This document shows, piece by piece, positions 1 through 12,799 of a stretch of 64,000 nucleotides of DNA. The notes beneath the pieces are model-generated. The model did no database searches. It was not told where the DNA came from and saw only the letters and a program-made list of their open reading frames with translations. Positions within the stretch are counted from its first letter, which is position 1, and each line of letters starts with the position of its first letter. Origin of the DNA: Lama guanicoe (lineage: Eukaryota); contig MU053934.1 in NCBI GenBank assembly GCA_013239625.1, positions 8,329,352-8,393,351 on the forward strand. The letters run 5' to 3'. The translations under genes and the position numbers were made by a program.

Positions 1-1369
1 AAGCAGCCCCCACCTTTTACTAAAACCTTTTACTGAAAGGTTTCTTTCTGCAAACCTTGTAGTATGATACAGAGTCAAGGATCTCAAGACCTGCCCGGAC
101 AAACCTGCGCCCCTGGAATTTCTCCCCATTGTCCTGGACAGTCTTCCCCAGACAGTGCTTCTGAGAAGGCAGGCTGCCCGCCTCCCTCTGGGGGCAGGAT
201 CGGGGTCCTCTGTCTTCGTCCACCCACCCCGGAGCCAGAAAGGGAGCCATTTCTCCTCGGAAGGCTCCAGGCTCCTTGCAACCCTGCAGGACGCCTGCCT
301 CGAAACTTTTCAACCTGGTTTCTGCAAACCCATTAACCTGCAGTCGGCTTCTAATTAAGCCCCCAGGAGTCTGACATTTCCAGGTTGGCTGAGAGTATTC
401 AGAGCGGAAAAGGGCCGGCTGTTTCCCACCAGGCTGGGGGCATGGACGGGGGGGGAGGGAAGCAGCGTCCTGGCTCCTCCCAGGGACAGCCAATGCCCCG
501 CCAGTTCTCCCAGGAGTTGAGGACGGACAGAGAGCCCCCCAGGGCCCCCTCCCCCCGAGGCCCACAGCACCCCCTCCCCCCAAGGCCCACAGCTCACCTC
601 CCCCGGGGCCTGAGGAGACGCCCCCCTACCTGCACTGAGGCTTGCCACTCTCCAGCACGTGGACGGTACCTGCAGCCGTCCCAGGCGCCCGCCGCCGGCC
701 CCTTCCTGGGGAGCAGCCCGGGCTCCGCTTCGTGGGAGGCACACGTCCCAGGATGGGGAATGTGAGTCGTGTGCGTGGGGGTGGGGGGGCCTCCAGGAGC
801 CGGGGTCGAATATTCCTGGCTGCCACCTGCCACGAGCCTGTCCCGGGGACCAGCTGCCAGAGCGGGGCCGCTCCGGCCGGGCCAGGCCCGCCGTCCTCTG
901 CCGGGAGCGCCAGGCGTCTGCTTTCGCTCACCAGGCGCCCGCCGGCTGCTCCCAGGCTGAGGCTGAGGCGAGTGGTTTATTTTTAGAGCCCGGCCCTTCC
1001 CCAGACGCCAGGATCCCAGCTGAGATTTCCAGCGGCTCAAACTAGCCCATTCTGGGCTGAGTTGTCGCCTACTGGGAATGTTCTGGAAGAGAGAGATGGA
1101 GGCACTTAGAGAATGTGGTCCTCTGTTCTCATCCGAGAAAATGTGGGGCTGGACTGGGGGTCACCAAGACCCTCTGGCGAGGATGGCCCCCGACTCAGGG
1201 GCCAGGCTGGGATTCAGCTTGGGCGAGGCGCTCCCCTCCTGAGGCTGCCTCTGTTTCTCCATCTGGAAGGGGAGGGCAGCAGGCACCCCTGTCCAGAGCT
1301 GAGATCAGAGGATGGGCTAGAACAAGGGACAGCCATAACCGTCCACTCTGAGCTTCTCCCCACTGGGCT

Positions 1370-1480
1370 GAGGACACAGGAGGGCGGGGACCTTGTCTTT
1401 CTGTTCACCATCATAACCCCGGTGTGCCTGTTCCGTAGCAGGTGCACATAGTAGGTGCTCAGAAAATATTTCGTAAGGAA
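1370..1480 (+). mobile_element. L2 LINE 3' end
   Basis: GAGGGCGGGGACCTTGTCTTTCTGTTCACC...GCACATAGTAGGTGCTCAGAAAATATTT. Confidence 0.75.
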
Positions 1481-2048
1481 GGGAACCCCTGATAGCCGCT
1501 GTTGGTCCCGTAATGACCCGCAAGTTCCCAGGAGTAAGCACACCTGACAGATGTGAAGTCCAAGGTCTAGACAGGAGAGGAGCCTGCCCAGCTGCCTGCC
1601 CGAAGGTGGCCATGCCGGGGCTGCCCTGGTGGGGGGTGGGGGTCCTCAAGCCCGGCTTACTCCCCAGCCTACGTCTGGTCCCTCAGCCAACCCCGGAACA
1701 TTCCCCTCTGCCATTCCAGCGCTGGCCCTGCGCACTGCCCTCACCCAGCGCCGTAAACGTCATCTTCTCAGACCCAAAACCACCGATGAGCAGCCAGGAC
1801 GCACCATGGGACCACCCCCCGCCCCCGCCTTCTGAATCTGTCTGGTGCCCCGAGGGAGAACGCAAGCCGGTTCTGGCCGTTTCTACGTGGGAGGCCCCAG
1901 CACGTCTCTTAACCCATCAGGGCCTTGCTCTCCCCTCCAGCAAGCCAGGCTGGAGCTGGCAGGGCTGCAGTGACGAAGGGGAAGATGCTGGGTGCACGGA
2001 AGGCCATCAGTGTCTGCTTATCCACTGTGCCTCAGCTCCCAGTGCACT

Positions 2049-2049
<1 letters not shown>

Positions 2050-2087
<38 letters not shown>
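2050..2087 (+). repeat. (GT)n microsatellite
   Basis: About 19 GT units with one interruption. Confidence 0.95.
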
Positions 2088-2092
<5 letters not shown>

Positions 2093-3624
2093 GAATGTGC
2101 TTTAGCCTCAGTGCAGAGAGCATGAGTCCAGCTGTTCCTCACCGAGCAGGCGTAGCCCCTTTACAGACACACGGACCCACACATCCTGCCTACACTCCAC
2201 CTCCCCGTCCCATGCCCGGGGAGCCCGCCCTTTCTCTGCAGCCTCCCAGGCCACACGCCACCTTCTCTGTTCACTGGGGCTGGCTGGTCAGCCTCCCAGG
2301 GCTCCGAGAGGGCTGGAGCCTGGGAACACCCACCCCTGTGCTCCCACCCTGGGGACTGGAGGCAGGTTGCCTGGAGGCTGTGGTGCAGGCTGCCACCACC
2401 GGGAGACGGATGTAAGTCCACCCAGAGCCCCTCCCAGGCCCCAGAACTGCTCACAAGCAGGGTAGGGCCTTGGCACCTTACCCAGGACCGACCACCCCTA
2501 GGAACAGCGGGGCCCCCCAAGGCCCTTGGAGGCAGGTCTCTCTCAGAGCCCCACTTCTTCAGGGCTCCTGTCCAGGAGACCCTCAAAAGGAGAGTTCAGT
2601 GTACTGGGGCCGTCTGCACGTGGCCACGCGAGCCAGCCGCTTCAAACTGTTTTCTGAACCATATTTCATATTCTGGGCAAATGTTCACAGCCTGAGCAAA
2701 GTGAATACAATAAATGACAAGCTGCCACCATGAAGATGTGTGTGAAGACACGCGCAGGCTGGCAGGGAGCGGCCCTCCCCCCGGCCAAGCGGTCCTCCTG
2801 GGCGCCCGGTCCCTTGCTCCCTGTGACACAGTGGGTGGTGACAACAGACAGCTGGGGGAAGGATGGATGGTTATTCATCCACCGCCACCCTTCCCTGCAT
2901 CCAGCACCAACTACTGAGCACCTACTGTGTGCAGACCCTCCTCTCAGTCCTGGGGGTCCCAGGGAGAGGCAGGTGGGGGAGAGTCCCACCCTTCAGGGTT
3001 TGCATCCTACAAGCAGTAAACCAGATGATTCCAGATGCTGAGAAGCAGAGGACCGGCGATCCAAGCCCGAAGAAGATTCAGAAATGACGAGAGGCCAGAT
3101 GGAGGTGAGGAACTCCCGAAGGGGACGTGCCCCCTTTTACAGATGAGACCCTCCTTCCCTGCTCCTCTGAGGTCCCTGCAGCCCGAGGCCTTGCCCCTGC
3201 TCACAAGACTCGGGCTGAGTCCGGGGGTGGGGGTGCTGTGCTCTGGTCTGAGCATCAGAGGACAGTCACCCTCCAGGGACAGAGCCCAGAGCACCCGCCC
3301 CTTTCGTGGATCCTGCCTGCCCCGCGTTTGGGCACGTGATGGGCCCCTGGATTCCCCCCTGGGGTGTCCCCCAACCCCAGCCAGGACACACCCCACCCGT
3401 CTGTGATCTGATGGGGTGGCTCCGATCCAGGCCTAATTCAGGATTTCTACTGCGGGGCCGGTCCTCCTTCTCCCGGTGCGGGGAGCATCCGCCCGCCCCC
3501 GGGATGGAGGCCCCGAGCAGGGAGGAAAGAGAGTGGCAGCTGGCCTCTCAGCTGCTGGTCTAATTCTAGCCCCATCGTGCCGCCCTGTCACTCATAGAAA
3601 GGGGGGGATGGGTAGACGGAGCCA

Positions 3625-3840
3625 CCACGAGACAAGGAGAGAGACACGGGCAGAGAAAGACATTCAGACGGACAGAGATGGAGACAGAGGGAGGGGGACT
3701 AGCAGACAGAGAGAGAGACAGAGAGAAAGAGGACCAAGAAAGAGGCTGGAACAGAGAGGTGGCAGAGAGACCCTGAGGGGGACAGCCAGCCAGGGGTCCT
3801 GAGAGAGGAGAGAGAGAGGAAGAGGCAGAGAGAAGGGAGC
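3625..3840 (+). repeat. GA-rich low-complexity region
   Basis: Purine-rich GAGA/GACA runs. Confidence 0.7.
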
Positions 3841-4669
3841 TAGGCTGCCTCCTCCTCCAGGGAGCCCTCCTGGCTCTCAGCTCCCAGCGCTCTGCCCCCT
3901 TCTGCCTTGTCCCCCAGGCAGGGCCCAGCCTGGTCCCCCTGGTCTTTGGTGCTGGCCTGGCCCCTCTGTGGGGCCCCAAGGACGGTGAGGAGGAACTGAG
4001 AAGCGGAGGGTGGGGCCCTGACCTCGCCTAACCATAGTGAGCAAACTCGTCCTGAGGATGCTGGGGGACACTTGGGTCTGGGGGCCAAGAGGGCCTGAGG
4101 AGGAGGGCTCCCTGCCTCGTGGGTAGAACAGCGCTTGGGCAGCGAGTAAAATCTCCAGCAAGGAGTGCCTGCAGTGCATCCCCCTGGCCCTCGGGCTGGA
4201 GTCAAGCTCAGGCCTGTCTGGTGGTACCACCTTGCCTGCCATTTTACAGATGAGAAAACCAAGGCGACTGTGCCCCCTCCCCACAGCACGGGCGGGCTCT
4301 CTCACCCCTTGTGCCACCAAGCCCCTTCAGCAGCCTGCCTGGTGGGCGGTGGGAGCTTGCACACCCCCTGTAACGGGGAGCTCACTGTCTGCTGGGGCAG
4401 CCTCTCCATGGACACAGGGTGTGCTGTCCAGCTGTGCCCCCATCCTTCCCATCTCAGCGGCACAGGGAGCAGGGGCTTTGCTCACAGCCTTGGGGGCTCT
4501 GGTCCATCTCTGTGCCTCAGAACCACATATCTTTTAAAACTTCAGGTGGGACCCACTCTTGTGTCTTAAAACCCCTTCTCCAGCGGGAATGGCCAGCACG
4601 TCCCACCTGCCAGGAGCATTCGAGTGCTTGCATGTTACTCCCAAGGACACCAGCATCCATCACCATCAT

Positions 4670-4825
4670 AAACAGTCTGTCTGTTTGCTTTTGAATCGTG
4701 GGTTAGCCCCGTTCTAGAAGGTCAGGCCAAGTGAGCAGGACCTTGTCTGTCTGGTTCACTGCTGTGTGTTCAGCAATGACCACTTCTTGGCACATACCAA
4801 GTGATCAGTGGATATTTACTGCCAA
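4670..4825 (+). mobile_element. L2 LINE 3' end
   Basis: GAGCAGGACCTTGTCTGTCTGGTTCACTGCTGTG...TGGCACATA. Confidence 0.65.
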
Positions 4826-5139
4826 TCTGATGATCCAGAGGGAGAGGAAGGCACAGCTGCCGTGTCCTAGAAGGGGGTCCCTTCTCCCGGCTCCCTGTCC
4901 TGCTGGGCCCCCCACATAGGTGGCTCCTCCTTTGTTCAGTCTGCCCCTGCCCTGAACCCACCTGGCTCGGTCAGGGTCACCTAGCCCAAAGATGGGGCCT
5001 CAGGGGAAACCAGAGATACATCAGCAAGAATCCAGGAGCCAGAATGGGCCCCAGGTCAGAGCAGGTGCACCTTTTGTTGAAAGGACTATCCTTTCTGTGC
5101 TGGTTCATTTTTCTTCATTTTAAAAACTCGCTATTCTTA

Positions 5140-5960
5140 AATATGGACCATTTTTACTGATGCGTTTTTAAGATCCCCACCTCCCCCTCCACCCGCTGTC
5201 ATCTCAAATACACTGTGAAGCCTGTGCAGTGGATTTTTCATTGCAGTTTTGTACTTTTTAGCTCTAGAGTTTGCATTTTTTAATAGTTTGCATTCTTTGC
5301 TAAGTTTCCCTATGTGTTCACTCATTAATATCATAGTCTTTAATTTCTTAAAAATGTTTTCCTTTAATTCTTTGAACATATTTATAAGAGCTGCTTTGAA
5401 GTCTTTGTCCGCTATGCCCAGCATTGGGGCCATCTCAAGTTTAATTTCTATTGCCTGCTTTTTTTCCTTGACTGTCAGTCTCATGTTCCTCTTTCTTTGT
5501 GTATCTAGTGATTTTTTAATTGAATGCTGGGCATTGTGAACAACGCATTCGAGAGATGCTGGATTTTGCAACCAGCCTCTAAAGAGTATTTCTTGTTTTG
5601 GCAGGCAGTTAAATTACCAGCTGATGACTTTAAACTTATATAGACTTGGCTTACACTTTGTTCGCGGGTGTGGAGAAAGCCGATGTGTTTCCTCAGTCCC
5701 TCTTAGTTGGCAGGAATTCTCTCTGAACTCTGTTTTCTGTGCAGATCTTTCAGGTGCTTGGTTTTCGGCTTAATTAGCAGGCGTTCGATGTAAGTTTTAC
5801 CCTATTACATGGTTCCTCCTCCTTAGACATCTAGGCTTCTCTGGCATCTCAGCTGGATGTCAGGAATTTTAACCAAGTATTAAGATTTGTCCATTCTGGC
5901 CAAGCTGGAATTTCACTGTTACTCTGTTCTTCCCCCAATTCAGCTCAGACTCCTAGTGCT
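5140..5960 (-). mobile_element. Old LINE-1 5'/ORF1 remnant
   Basis: ORF 5137-5571 contains MLGIADKDFKAALINMFKELKENIFKKLK, resembling the N-terminus of ancient L1 ORF1; AT-rich island in GC-rich DNA. Confidence 0.75.
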
Positions 5961-6424
5961 TCCATTTTGCTTTCAGTCCCACAGAGCCCGCTCCCTGGGA
6001 GTCTCGGAGGGTCTTGCTCTGAGCATGTGCAGCTCATCCTCCAGCCGTGGACTCAGTGGGAGACCCCACATTGACCTCCAGGGCCCCTCTCTGCCCAGCC
6101 CCTCTTCCGTACCTTCCTCTGCTGGTCCCAGCTGCCCTGGCCTCTACCCGCTGTCTTCTCAAGCCATCTGCTGACCACTGAGCTCTGTTTCGGCCCCAGG
6201 CCCCTGGGTTACCCCCTAGAAGACAACGCGTGATCATGGGCTCCCCTGCGGGCTCTCCTTCTCCCAGGGACCTCAGTCTTGCCCTGTGTGCTGCCTGCTG
6301 CCTGCAAGGAGCTGCCTTGAATCCTGATCCATGATCGTTGACCATGGAGGGAATCGCTGCTGCCGGTCTTTCTGTCTCGGCCAAGTGCACGTGGCTTCAT
6401 TCCCCGGCCTCTGATTCTATGTAG

Positions 6425-6800
6425 AATAGAATTCAAGTTCCTTCTTTGGTCTTCAAGGCTCTATAACCCCTACTTCCCTCTCAGATTTCACTCTTCCTGC
6501 TCCACTGTCCCCTCTCTCCAGGCACAGTGACTTTCTTTTTGTCCCTCCAAGTACCTCAAGCTCTTTGCTGCCTCAGGGACTTTGCCCCTGTTCCCTCTGC
6601 CCAATGTTCTGAACCCAGACCTCTGGGTGACTGGTTCTTCTCCAGTCTCAGTTCCAAATCACCTCATCGGAGAGCCTTTCTGGAACCAATCTTTGTCACA
6701 AAACCCACAGTGCTCCCTGCCACCCCATCCTTTGTTTTCTTTATAGCGGTGATTGACATCTGAAATGATCGTGCTTGCTAACAGGTTTGTTTGTTTGTTC
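6425..6800 (+). mobile_element. L2 LINE fragment
   Basis: GCCTCAGGGACTTTGCCCCTGTTCCCTCTGCC and TTTGTTTTCTTTATAGC. Confidence 0.65.
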
Positions 6801-9364
6801 TCCGTCTCCTCAAACAGAACACGTGCCCCTGGGAGCAGGAGTGGGTCTGTCTTCTTTCCTGTGGAGCCCGGGGACCAGACAAAGGCCTGGCCCCCTTGGC
6901 TCCTGGTAAAATTTTAATTGGCTCCTCCTCTTCCTCTGACACCTCTTGGCACCATATTTCCTGAAGGAACAGTTGTTTCCGTGAAAGAGAAGGTAACCAG
7001 CCCTCCCGCACTGCCATCCGCCTCCCGCCACCTGCCGCGACGCCACCTCCCATCACCAGACCGGCCCCTCCCTCCGCACTCGCTCTTCTTACTCCAGATG
7101 GAACTAAACAAAACAAACCTTTTCCCCGATGGGGCTGCGTCTATCACAGACCTTACTAATGCTCCCACTCTTGGGTCCAAGGTGGAGGAAACAGCAGGAG
7201 GGGTGGCAGGCCTGAAACAGGGGAGACCCAGAGCAGGACTCGGGAGCAGCCTGGGTGCAGCCTGGGAGCTGGGTTCAGAGACCCCGGTTCCCAGGGCGTG
7301 GGTGACTGACGGGAATGAGGTCATGAGTTCAGGTGGCCAAGACAAGGTGTTAATGTCCCTGCAGCCCACGTGCGGGGTGCAGCCTCCAGGAGGGGACCCC
7401 TGGAGACAGGAAGGTCATGGTGGTGGGCTGGGTGGTGTCAGGGGAGGGAGACAAGCAGGCCTGGCCCCAGAGGGCAGCAGTCCATGCTTCAGTCCACCCG
7501 GCTCCCTGGCTGCACAGAAGACTCACTAGGGTCCACAAAAAGATGCCAGTGCCTGGGTTCTCCCCACCCCTACCCCATCAAAGACATACAGATTCCTGGG
7601 GTGGGCTGGCATCACGAGTGTTGCCCAGAGTCCTGGTACACCCAGGACTGGGGGTCTGAATGAGTCTCGGAGGCCCTGGCGGAGGCTTCCCCAGCCCCCG
7701 GCTCTGCACCCTGGTCCCTTCTCCTGGGTGGGCGGGATCCTGGGCGTGCTCCTGGGCGTGCTCCCCACCGCAGGCTTAATTAACTGTTTGTAAATTCTAA
7801 ATTGAGAGCAACAGCTTTCTCTCGACTGATGATTCTGCCCGTAATTGATATTTGTTTTCCTCCATTCCCAGAGGCAGTCAGGAAATAAGTCTCACCGCCC
7901 ATTAAGCCCGATCTTGGCCTGAAACTCTCTGGATCTGCGGGGACAGGGTTGGGGGGCTCAGAGGCCTCCTCCCATCTTGCCCCTTTCTCTTCTGCTGTGC
8001 ACGTAAGGTGGGTGTGGACGCTGGTATCTGGGACTGGAACCCTCAAAATTCTGCCCGTTCTTAAAAATACCAGCTTTCTTCAAGATGAGGCTGGTCTCCT
8101 AAAACCATCTCTGGACTGTTCTGGAGCCAGTTTCTGCAGGAACATCTCTTGGGCCCTTGTCTGAGAGAAGGGTGAGAGAGTGGAGGGCACTGAGGATGTG
8201 GGACAGTGGATGTCGGCCGGTCCTGGGTTCAAACCCCACTTGTGCTTCAGAAAGCCACCTTCTTCTGAGCCGCTTCTCCCGACGGCTGTGAGGGCAGCGG
8301 GTAACGGTGAGTTACCGTCCGTTAGCGCGTGGTGGGGATAAAGGGGGACAAGTAAGTGCTTCAAACATGCTGAGACCTGCTCGTTGTCATGGCGACAAGG
8401 ACAGCCCCACATCACGGAGGGGAGGTGTGGAGCCCTGGCCGCCTTAGAACAAGTGGGCAGCCCGCCCCGGCTCAGGAAGGGCGCCCACTGCCTGCGGTGG
8501 GGGGTTTCTGGGGAGTGAGTCAAGTTCTCAGTCACAGTGTTTCACCCTCACACCCCACATCATTCTCCTCCTTTGCAGCGGGAACTTGAGGCTAATTATA
8601 GAAGTGAAATAATTACGGGGCCAGCTGACTCGGCACAGTGTAATCTGTGAAACTCGAGCTGGCGAGCTATGGGTACCCCCCCACCGGGGCGGGAGGAGCT
8701 GCAGGCTGCGGCGATGCTCGGAGGGCACTGACCGCTCCGGACGGCCCCCCATTCTCACCTCCTCCCCTGTCTTGGCTCGGCTGGTGAAGCCTGGGCTTCA
8801 GAGAGGCTGAGGGCATAAGCTCGATCTTGGGGAGGCCGTTCTACATTTCCTGGGCAAGTAGTTGGGGCCTGGGGGACCCTCTTGTATTAAAAGTGCCCGA
8901 GCTTCTCCCTGGGAACTGCCTGGTACTGGTCCCACCTCTTCTCGGCTGATGCTCCTGGAGACAGTGCCAGAGAGCTTTCCCTGGGTTCCAGCTGGGCCTC
9001 AGAATCCTTCTCAACACATTTCCAGGCAGCCTCGGCGGATGGATGAGGGTCAGCGCTGGCAATGAAAGTGATTCGCCAGCTCTGCCTAAGTCCTCCAACT
9101 CCGAGAGTCCAAGGACAGTGCTGACTCTGGGGAGAAGTGTCCCACAGCTGTACGTAGGGGACCCCCGGCAGTGGGGGGGCTCCTGGCCTTTGGCCAAGGC
9201 TGGAGCCCTGAGCAGAGGGAGGGATGAGGGATGCTGAGGAGGAAGTGTGACAGCATCGTCCCCCCCAAGACCCCGGCCTCCTGCCGGGACCCCCGATTCC
9301 CTGCCCTGGGGTCAGGTGCCCCTGGAGGGACGAGCAGAGCAGAGGCCATAATGGCCCAAGGTCA

Positions 9365-9480
9365 AGTCCCCGCTCTGCCGCCTGAGTAACCTAGGCAGTT
9401 ACTTAACATCTCCGATCCTCAGTCTTTCCATCTGTATAATGAGGGTAACATTTCCTGCCTTGAAACTATGTTGCAAAGAG
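9365..9480 (+). mobile_element. MIR SINE
   Basis: MIR core AACCTAGGCAGTTACTTAACATCTCCGATCCTCAGTCTTTCCATCTGTATAATGAGGGTAA. Confidence 0.75.
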
Positions 9481-10975
9481 CAGACGGGTTAGTAGATAAC
9501 ATGTGATTGATTCTAAGATTCATCTTTTTGTGTCATGGTGTGATTGTCAGTATTTTAAAAATTCGTAGGGGTACATGTAATACTAGGGTCTCACAGCTGG
9601 CAGCACCTTTGTTTTACTGGACTGCGCTGGGTAGAGAAGTAGACCTGCGCCTGGCATGCAGTAAATGCTAATAATTAGCTGTTAGTATTTCTAAAGTCCA
9701 GAGCTTGTTCTGTTACCCTCTCCCCTCCCCCAATTCAAACAAGGCAAATAAAAATCACTGAAAACAGAAGGCCCCCTTCCTGGGCTTCCAAGAGCAGGAA
9801 AGCAGGGGGAGGGTCTGCAAGTTCACGCCCAGGTAGGGGTGAGGGGCCGCCACTCAGAGGTTCCCCCGGATAAAGCCCTTATGGTTAATTGCTGGAGAGA
9901 AATGATCAGATTTTGCAAAGCAGATCTTTGGTCTCTATCATTGACTTGCAATTTAGGAAGGATAATTCCACTTAATGGAAGAGGCAAATGATCTTCAGGA
10001 CGCCTCGTTCAATCAAGGTCACCCAGGAAGCTGACGGCAGACCAGGACTCACCCCGAAACCCAGGAAAGACTTGTCACCAGGCTTGGTTTGAAACGCCTG
10101 CTTCCAGGCCTCCAGGAAGTTTGAGAAATCTTGGGAAAACCTTAAAAGGTCTCCTCTGGTTGGACTTCTTTGGGTCTCTGGGCTGACGGGCATTGAGAAG
10201 GTCAAGGCCTTGGAGGCCAAGTTTCCGACAGGCGGGAGTTTGTAGGTGTTTGTTCCGGTCCTGGAGCTGCGGCAGGTCTGGGCGGCTGGGCGATCTCATT
10301 TTCAGCCGTGACTGTGCGGCTCCACTTTTCTCTAGAGATTTCTCCCCCAGCCTGAGTGGCTGACTGGGTCACCGGGCCATGAATTAATTATACGTAGGGA
10401 CCACAGCCTCTGTCAAAGAGCGCAGAAAAGCAATTTTAGAAAAGAAACCCCTTTTTCTCGCTTGGTGGCTTTCATTGTGGAAGAAAGGGACAATTATGAA
10501 TTACGTCAGAGCTATTCTGGGGCAGCGGGCGGCGGCTGGGAGGGGCCTGGTCTCAGCTCTCCAAGAGGCGCCGGCTTCGCGAGGCCAGGCCACCGGGCAC
10601 ATTCTCTGCTCAGCCCCACTCCTGCTGCCCCCGAGCCTGGGGACAAGGGTCTCGCACCAGGAGCTGCTCAAGACCCGAGTGGATGGTGCTGGTAAATGTG
10701 AGCGTCATCAGATCACAGGCTGCCGGAATCTAACCAGTACCTAACACAGGCCTTCCACCAGCAGCAGGAACCTGGGCACCCCGAGACGGGAGGGGGCTTG
10801 CCCAGTTCCGGACAGCCAGGCAGGTGAGAACCTGCGGCCTGTCCCCGCTTCCCCCGAGTGCCCCTCAGGCCCAAGATCTAGGGGAGAGATGGCATCTTGG
10901 GTTGGCCTCCCTGGAAACAAGATGGGGACTCAGTACGGAAGGCCCCGAATGGGCGGAGGGCTGTCGGTAGATGCC

Positions 10976-11375
10976 TGCAGTGGTCTGAATGGTGGTCCCC
11001 AAAGGTACGTCCCCAGCCTCACCCTGGAACCTATGTGTGTGACTTTGTCTGCAAAAGGGGACTTCGCAGGTGTGATCAAGTCAAGGGTCTCCAGGTGAAG
11101 GCCTCCTGGATTATCTGGGTGGGCCCTACATCCAGTGATAGGTGTCCTTCCAAGAAACAGAAGAGCAGAGACACAGGCAGAGAAGGGAAGGAAGGCCACG
11201 TGGCCCCAGAGGCAGAGACTGGGGTGATGTGGCCACAAGCTGAGAAAGATTAGGGAATGCTGGCAGCCCCCAGAAGCCCGAGGAGGCAGGAAGGCATCTC
11301 TCCTACGGTGTTCAGAGGGCGCACAGCCCTGCAGACACCTTGACTTCTGGCCTCCAGGGCTGTACAGAAAATTTT
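10976..11375 (+). mobile_element. MLT1B/C-like MaLR LTR
   Basis: TGAATGGTGGTCCCCAAA..CCTGGATTATCTGGGTGGGCCCTA..GAGGCAGAGACTGGGGTGATGTGGCCACAAGC..ACACCTTGACTTCTGGCCTCCAG. Confidence 0.85.
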
Positions 11376-11559
11376 TTCAGTCCCTGGGCTGCCTGCTGGG
11401 AGGGAGTGAGACCCAGAGGGGCCACATCTCTGCACCGAGAGTGGGTCTGACCACAGGCAGCAGGAGTGATGTACATGCAGGTCCTGGGGAGCATCCAGGG
11501 GCACGCGACAGTTCCCACCACTGAGAGGCTGACAACTTCGTCTGCATGGAAGTGGAAAC

Positions 11560-12060
11560 CCCTATATGGCAAAAGAATGAAAACAGAGTAAAAAGACATA
11601 TGCCGGAGGCAGAGAAAGCACTGGAGACATATATAACAAAAGCTTAATAGCCTCCTTTTGCAGAAAGTGTGCTAGCAGGCAGTCGGGAAAACACAAACAG
11701 TAGAAAAGGGGTAAAATATTGAACAAGAGAAAAATAAAACATACTCGACTTCCCTAGCGACTGGGGAGCTGAATATTAACACAAAACCATTCTGGTTCTC
11801 ACTCATCAGAATGCCAACAGAAGTAGGGTGACGCTGTTGGTGTCAGGGCGCTCTTGAAGTTCTGGGTCTGGGGGGAACAGGGCCTGCTTTGGAGGAAGGC
11901 CAGCAGCATCGAAATTGTACACGCACGTACCCTTTAGAGCGAGAAAGGCCACTCGTTAGGGCTCCTCATATAAAATATTCACCAGGTGCCCAGAGATAAA
12001 TGTGCACTTTGTTAAAGCATCACTTGTCACAGAGAGAAGCCGACACCGCGGAGCTGCCCC
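11560..12060 (+). mobile_element. Ancient LINE-1 3' fragment
   Basis: A-rich, degenerate L1 ORF2-end signatures (ACATATATAACAAA, AAACATACTCGACTTCCCTAG). Confidence 0.5.
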
Positions 12061-12799
12061 CCAGGGAGGGCTGTTCTAACGGGCTGCACCGCCATCACCC
12101 CGTGGCACATATGCAGAGACACTGGCGCTGTTTATCCTGCTGGGGAAAATGCTGTGAGATGTTCTAGGAAGACACTCGAGACAGCAGACTTCTAGGATGA
12201 ACTTAATGATGTCTAAGGAAGGCACCAGCTTTGTACGTGCATGTGGGCGTGAGAACACGTGATAGACACACGCGCCCCCCCCCCCACAGCCACGCCAGCT
12301 CTCCAAAAGGCCTGCTTCACACTCTCCTTCCTTCCTCCAACCTCCCACGTCCCACACTCAGCCAGGGACCTGGCTTCATTCTTCACTGAGGAACCAGAAG
12401 CCACCGGGTCGGGTTGGTCCTTCTCCAGCCCACGTGCCCCCTCTCGGTGCGTGTCTGTAAGACAGACAGATGTTCCCACCCCCGACGCAGACCAAGTTCT
12501 CCCCTCCAGCACAGACTTCAGCTCTCATTCCTGCATCATCCAGTCTCTCTTTCCTGGACCAGTCCATCAGCTCACACGCAGTCTGCCCTCCCTGCCACGC
12601 AGGAGAGAAGGGCCCCACGATCCAGCCGTTCCCCCCGGCACCCTGCACAGCCAAGGTTCGGGAAAGTGCTGTCCCCAGTCACTGCCCCCTCGCTGCGGCT
12701 CTCAACCCTCCTGGTGGCCATCCCACAGGCACCCTACAGAGAGCGCTCCCCCTGAGGCCCCCAGGCCCCTCCTGGCGCGTCCCACAGCAGTGGCCACTT

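Noticed and set aside
5137..5571. Coiled-coil protein ORF
   Set aside because: Better explained as a decayed L1 ORF1 fragment.
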